Positions 57,901 through 62,200 of a DNA stretch of 62,200 bases are shown here, piece after piece (position 1 is the stretch's first letter; each line of letters starts with the position of its first letter). The notes under the pieces were generated by a model. That model searched no databases. It was not told the DNA's origin and saw only the letters and a list, made by a program, of their open reading frames with translations. Position numbers and translations under genes: made by a program. Source of the DNA: Craspedostauros australis (lineage: Eukaryota); the NCBI GenBank assembly GCA_030167865.1, contig JALAGF010000009.1:1-62200 (forward strand), written 5' to 3'.

Positions 57901-58831
57901 CGCTACTGCCATCAGACGGGCTCCTCAAGCCCACAACGAGTTCTCTTACTGTCGGCAAGGTGTGCAGGTAATCCCCATTGGATCTCATGATCTTGGCACA
58001 CACGGAATGGAATGTGCCCAACGTGACTCTGTCCAAGCCCGGTGGTCGAATATCACTGATGGCATCGTTCTCGACAGTGACGCCATCGACTTCGACGTTG
58101 GATGAATATCGCTGGTCCTGTTGTCGATGTTGTTGTCGTCTCAGAGCGTCTCTAGTTGAGCCGCTGTCCACTGACACGACGTCGTTCCCATGCGCTTCCC
58201 TCAGCAGCTTCTCCAAGCGCTGCTGCATCTCCCCCGCTGCCTTGCGCGTGAATGTGACGGCCAGAACTCGCGAACGGGCATTTTCCTGCAGCAGGTACGC
58301 AATGCGGCAGGTCAAGACCCTTGTTTTACCCGATCCCGGACCAGCCACGACTCTTGTGATCGCTGAGTCCTGCTGCATGACGGCCTGCTTCTGAGAGTCA
58401 TTGAGGCCCTCCATGATTTTGGAGTACGTCGTGTGGCGCGGTGTGGATGTCGCGGCTGGTGCTATTCCATCGGTTGCCGCAGCTCGTGATGACGAGAGGG
58501 ACGTTAAATCAGAATACAGCCGCGTGCTGAGCGGGCGTAGATGAATCGCGCCGAGATTCCTGCTCGGCGATGCAATTGAGGCAAGTGGTGATTGGGAGAA
58601 TGCGGGTAACGGAGGAGCAAAGAGTTTTCTCCTTGTTGCCATCCTCGCATCTTCATATTGACCGACCATGGCACCGAGATTGGCAATGGGATTGGCGGGG
58701 GCACAGTGCCGCGTCCCTCTGCGAGCAACGAATGCATGTGCTGGTCTTCCGAGGAAAACCGTCCTCGCCATGAACACCGACAGTGTTGTCAGGAGCGCCA
58801 TTTGCCACCACAACATTGGGATCAACCTCAT
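54977..58831 (-). CDS. UvrD/PcrA/Rep superfamily-1 DNA helicase, probably plastid-targeted (ORF open to 58936)
   Basis: LNDSQKQAV, AGPGSGKT, TFTRKAA, TFHS, DFDDLL, VDEFQD, VGDADQSIYSWRGA, ENYRST, YRTNAQ, MTIHASKGMEF and EEKRLCYVAMTRAK. Signal + AHA-F at the N-terminus. Confidence 0.9.
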   Translation of the reverse strand: MRLIPMLWWQMALLTTLSVFMARTVFLGRPAHAFVARRGTRHCAPANPIANLGAMVGQYEDARMATRRKLFAPPLPAFSQSPLASIASPSRNLGAIHLRPLSTRLYSDLTSLSSSRAAATDGIAPAATSTPRHTTYSKIMEGLNDSQKQAVMQQDSAITRVVAGPGSGKTRVLTCRIAYLLQENARSRVLAVTFTRKAAGEMQQRLEKLLREAHGNDVVSVDSGSTRDALRRQQHRQQDQRYSSNVEVDGVTVENDAISDIRPPGLDRVTLGTFHSVCAKIMRSNGDYLHTLPTVRELVVGLRSPSDGSSDDNNGNVAFPVDNQFSIADQAEQMRILKECLVEKGIELSSYKDIKIMDVLNAVGEIREGYALNGKHPFLGKRSKQKNRPKWRIADTVYAEYRQKLFGNNAMDFDDLLFLTREMLMLNDEVRERLRRRYTHILVDEFQDTSLVQLDIVKMITSSSLFVVGDADQSIYSWRGAHVGSLADFAETFKHVLGEVQTFHLMENYRSTANIVKAAQKVINSGCGDESDNNKQNSALRQAMKPQRGKGPSPRVVACADGPAEAKFVVNSILDKIEDGTIQSDQTVAVIYRTNAQSRFFEEACVANSLPYVMRGASGGFYKRAEIKDCLCFLRWLVNGRDQGSMLRAFKTPPKGLGGVSVQQFEDYCEDVEQYFAQTYPTEPRPSPLDVLLWFTADQFEEGLQSHINSLLDGAPSPTTKLAKRAWTNFLSFSRQMRLIQDKSHTVTVDELLSFIIEEMDLQKHFNDISKSKVEFQDRMSNVEELLKAAQRYGTNGTALNGGDRDSDSDSDRGDDTTNVSQGGDGGNDDADEDDDDEIDMESGLISFMDDIALVSDIAGENADNENHEDRVVVNLMTIHASKGMEFDVVFLAGVEDGTLPNQMAILGADDSTPLEEEKRLCYVAMTRAKTELIMTWRKEVMIFLSNGPMKFTHKTMKRSRFLDSIMSTAPSAKGKSRRSTSASAGPRGATGMKRDAQRGGGTQDGHIRRWTSSSTDQPVVKKKKKKKKKKSTPVSESSQNSKSASPDCGQEAIGNFLRRADVSSSKLGIDRQDRPHANGTHSDYGGARKGHPDGGYNGAYNGSHNDGPRQRDASPTTHRSQTQDFSSQSRSESHSLSDPSRRRTMSASSAQQQHPQQPESSTSSPPPPKRRAQHKSTTKGPDEDYTYSYGSNQYPASASSASAHPRSSPGGSSNLPPTRDFSWLFPVGSDVVHTKRGKGIVLKPPPPSASPSAGTMVRVKFRNNTVVDIPVASKHLKLDLGLS

Positions 58832-59731
58832 GCCTCCGCTCCTGCTGACCCTCGTTGCTTTCCTTCGCGCTTTCAATTCAAGTGTTTGTTCATTCGCTGC
58901 TTCCTCTCTCTCTCTGGCTTCACCGATGCAGACCACTTCTTTGTATTATACTGTTATAATGCTGTTATAATAAATGATGCTGCACTTTTCTTTTCGCCCT
59001 TGTTGGTGCTCCAAGCACTTGCAGTGGTATGGTACGAGTATCCGCAGAGAAATGGATTCGTCCGGATCTTTGCTCCGCAGAGTTCGTGCGATCTATCAGT
59101 ACGGGCTATTGGTGTGCAGGTACCCTGCGGCGACGAACTGCTCGGTTCCAATCCTTTGTGATGCGTTGCTTGAGGGGGTTCTGCGAGGGAGCGCGATGGT
59201 TGATGGCCTTGTCTTGTGGAGCCTTTTCGTTCTGTTGTGGAGGTGCCACGCCGCTTCCTCCTTCGTGATGATCTTTTGTGTCGGCAGAGTTTGGTGGTTG
59301 GATTTTGGTGGTTGGTTCGCGAAAAACTCGAGAAGGATGCATTGAGTCGATCTAGTCTGTAACAGTGGACTCCATGGACCAAATGAAGTCTTCGACGAAG
59401 ATCTTCGATTTTGTGGCTTCGAAACGAGAACCACAAACACATCAACACCAACAAACACCGCGAAAACCATAGAGAACGCAAATTGGCGGCGGACGAAACG
59501 ATCATGACTGACACACAGGCACAGAGACAGACGAAGAAGGCTGCCACTGAGCGGCGAGTTTCACATGCCTCCCTTTCCACACCAATACCTGCCGATACAC
59601 CAACGGCATCCATCAAACAACACACCATCCACGCCAAGGCATCCACCCAGCGAAGTCGACGAGAGCAGAGCATAGTACGACCTGCAGTACTTACACATTC
59701 ACGACAACACGCAAGAGAGAGAGAGATAACC

Positions 59732-62095
59732 ATGTCCGAGGCAGAGTACGTGGACGTCTCCAAGGCGCAAGATGGCGGCGTCATGAAGAAGATTACCCAG
59801 GCGGCGCCTGAGGATGCATCAGGCCCACCGCCAGATGGCAACGAGGTGACGGCGCACTACACCGGTGAGTGCAACCCGATCTTGCCTTGAGTAGAGGACT
59901 CCAGAGCACATCTTTCCTCTGCATGTTCGGAGGTTCTTGCTGTTGCAGTGAGTGCCTGCGTCGTCTGCATAAGAAGTGCCAAGTGCCGGACGTGGATGAG
60001 AGGGCGAGCCAAGACATGGCCTGCCAGCAATCCGCCTTCTTGTCATGTCACATACTCTCATGCCAGGAGTGTGGGAGCATGCTGTAACACAACCACCAAA
60101 CAAAATCCAACATTATGTGATAGTGTTATACATAATATTGCACAGAGTCAAGTTTGCGCGCACATTCAGAGGCCCTTCATCTCACAGCATGTACGCGCTC
60201 CACTCGAACGGCGTTTGATTTCTTTGGTTTCTCCTATTCGCCCAATGTTCATTTCACGCTCGTTCCCTTCCCTTCCACACGTCATGCATCACCCTGCGCC
60301 GCATGCCGTATGTCGTCCCGCATGTGGTTTGGACCGTCATTCCCACCACCATTCCCGACTCTGATGGCTTGCCAATCTGATGCGACGCAACAATGCCCTT
60401 GCCATCACCACTGCCGGTGTTTATGTTTCGACTCATACTCTGGCGAGAATCCCATCGATGAACCACCCCGCTACACAAAAAATGAACGCGAAATCCAACT
60501 GATGCCACTATCTCTCCATTCGCAGGAACGCTGGCAAGCGACGGTTCCAAATTCGATAGCTCCCGTGATCGCGGAAAGCCATTCAAGTTCACAATCGGCC
60601 AGGGCATGGTCATTAAGGGATGGGATGAGGTGCGTGCATGCTCTTGTGCGCCTGTGCACATTTACTGGCAGCTCCATAGTCCGACCGTTCAGTTGGACCA
60701 TTGTGTCACGCGGCTCTGCTTCATGGCGACCGTGCGTACACGTACGCTACCGTGCCGACTCGATCTCGATTTCCATCCATTGCTCCACAGATCAGCCCAT
60801 TGATGTGCGTGGTTCATATGTTCTCATCTAGGTTCTTGTCTTGCTTCCATTCTTTCCTTGTATCTCGCTTTTCCATCAATCCACCTACTCCGCTCTACTC
60901 CACTCCGTTTCATCGCATCACCAAAACAAACGCAACGACAACTTTGACAGGGTTTTGCATCCATGAAGGTGGGCGAGAAGGCCATTCTCAAGATCCGCAG
61001 CGATTACGGTTACGGGGACAGCGGCAGTCCACCAAAGATTCCCGCAAAGGCCGAGCTCCTCTTCGATGTGGAACTGCTGGGATTTGCCGAAAAGCAAAAG
61101 GAGCGCTGGCAGATGAGTACGGAGGAGCGATTGAAGGTTGCAGACGACATGAAAGCTCTTGGCACCGAGAACTTCAAAAAGAAGCTCTTCCTCGAGGCCA
61201 CCGCCAAGTACGAGGAGGCCGCAGAGTACGCCGTGGAGGAAGGAATTTCTGGAAATGACGTCCCCGACGGTGAAAAGCAGCTGTACGTCAGCTGCTGGTC
61301 CAACGCCGCGATGTGCTACATCAAACTGAACGAATGGACGGATGCCACCCGCGCCTGCAACAAGGTGCTGGAGATTGATTCCGAGCAAAACAACATCAAG
61401 GTTCTGTACCGACGAGGATTGGCACGAACTCACTTGGGAATGTACAAGGAGGCGAAGGCTGATCTCATGGACGCCTACAAGATCGACAACGCCAACAAGG
61501 ATGTCCGCAAAGCACTCGCTCAGCTGAAGCAAGAAGTGGCCAACGCAAAGAAGAAGGAGAAGGCCGCATTCGGAGGATTCTTCAACAAGGTCGACATGTA
61601 CAAGGAGAAGAAGAGCCTGCTGCAGCCCAACCAAAACGGAGACAATCCGCACGTCTTCTTCACCATCTCGCAGGGCGACGAGGTGCTCGGCAAGGTCATA
61701 ATGCAAATCTACAGCGACGTCACGCCCAAGACTGCTGAGAACTTCCGAGCGCTTTGCACAGGGGAGAAGGGTGACGGAACATTGGGTAAACCGCTTCATT
61801 ACAAGGGATGCACATTCCACCGTGTCATCAAGGTGAGTCCTTGCAGCTGCGGCACAGAAAGTTGGACTGAACCGCGCTGCAGTGCAGCGCATTCAGGCTC
61901 GCCATTGAAATGTTTGTGGCATGTTTGTTGTACTCCGTCCACTGTTTTTCGTTTGATATCTCACACCATACTCCTGCTCTGTTCTGCTTTCTCTTGGACT
62001 ATCTACACTATGCTCTATTGACTTGCACACCCTCGCAGAATTTCATGATCCAAGGCGGAGACTTCACAAACGGCGATGGAACTGGCGGAGAATCG
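59732..62095 (+). CDS. Dual-family immunophilin FKBP-TPR-cyclophilin (FCBP-like), 3'-truncated by the window; exons 59732-59864, 60526-60629, 60951-61832, 62039-62095...
   Basis: FKBP motifs [35 protein letters not shown] and LLFDVEL. TPRs with KVLYRRG. Cyclophilin motifs [37 protein letters not shown]. Confidence 0.92.
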
Positions 62096-62200
62096 GTAAG
62101 TCGCCTCTTGTTGTTGTTGTCGTTGTCCTTTGATTCTGTCCCAGTCTCTCTCTCTCTCTCTCTTGCTTGTTCATCATCATCCCTGCGGTTTTGGGGGGGG

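Noticed and set aside
54977-58936. Helicase as a Helitron/transposon or contaminant gene
   Set aside because: It has UvrD-family rather than PIF1 motifs, no Rep/HUH domain or terminal repeats, a eukaryotic targeting presequence, and intron-containing neighbours.

Overview
This is a gene-dense, intron-containing eukaryotic nuclear region, very likely from a diatom. The evidence is two silicanin-1-family genes, bipartite signal+AF plastid-targeting presequences and GT-AG introns. About 19 protein genes can be supported: APC1, a stand-alone Lon-N-domain protein, MTR4, USP14/UBP6, a GtrA-like membrane protein, PAB, a Cas1/RWA-SGNH O-acetyltransferase, CDH1/FZR1, a coiled-coil orphan, a PPR-like protein, a DUF1336 protein, a head-to-head silicanin pair, an NADK3-like kinase, LSM8, a sphingomyelin/IPC-synthase-like protein, PuuE-type allantoinase, a PcrA/UvrD helicase and an FKBP-TPR-cyclophilin that runs off the window. 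There are also two low-confidence short ORFs. No rRNA, tRNA, CRISPR array or mobile element was recognised. The most notable observations are the divergent silicanin pair, the domain-swapped CASD1-like acetyltransferase near a GtrA-like gene, a putatively plastid-targeted PcrA with a Tudor-like tail, a UIM inserted in USP14, and APC1-USP14-CDH1 linkage with E2F-like sites. All calls come from reading motifs and splice sites by eye; no database searches were run.
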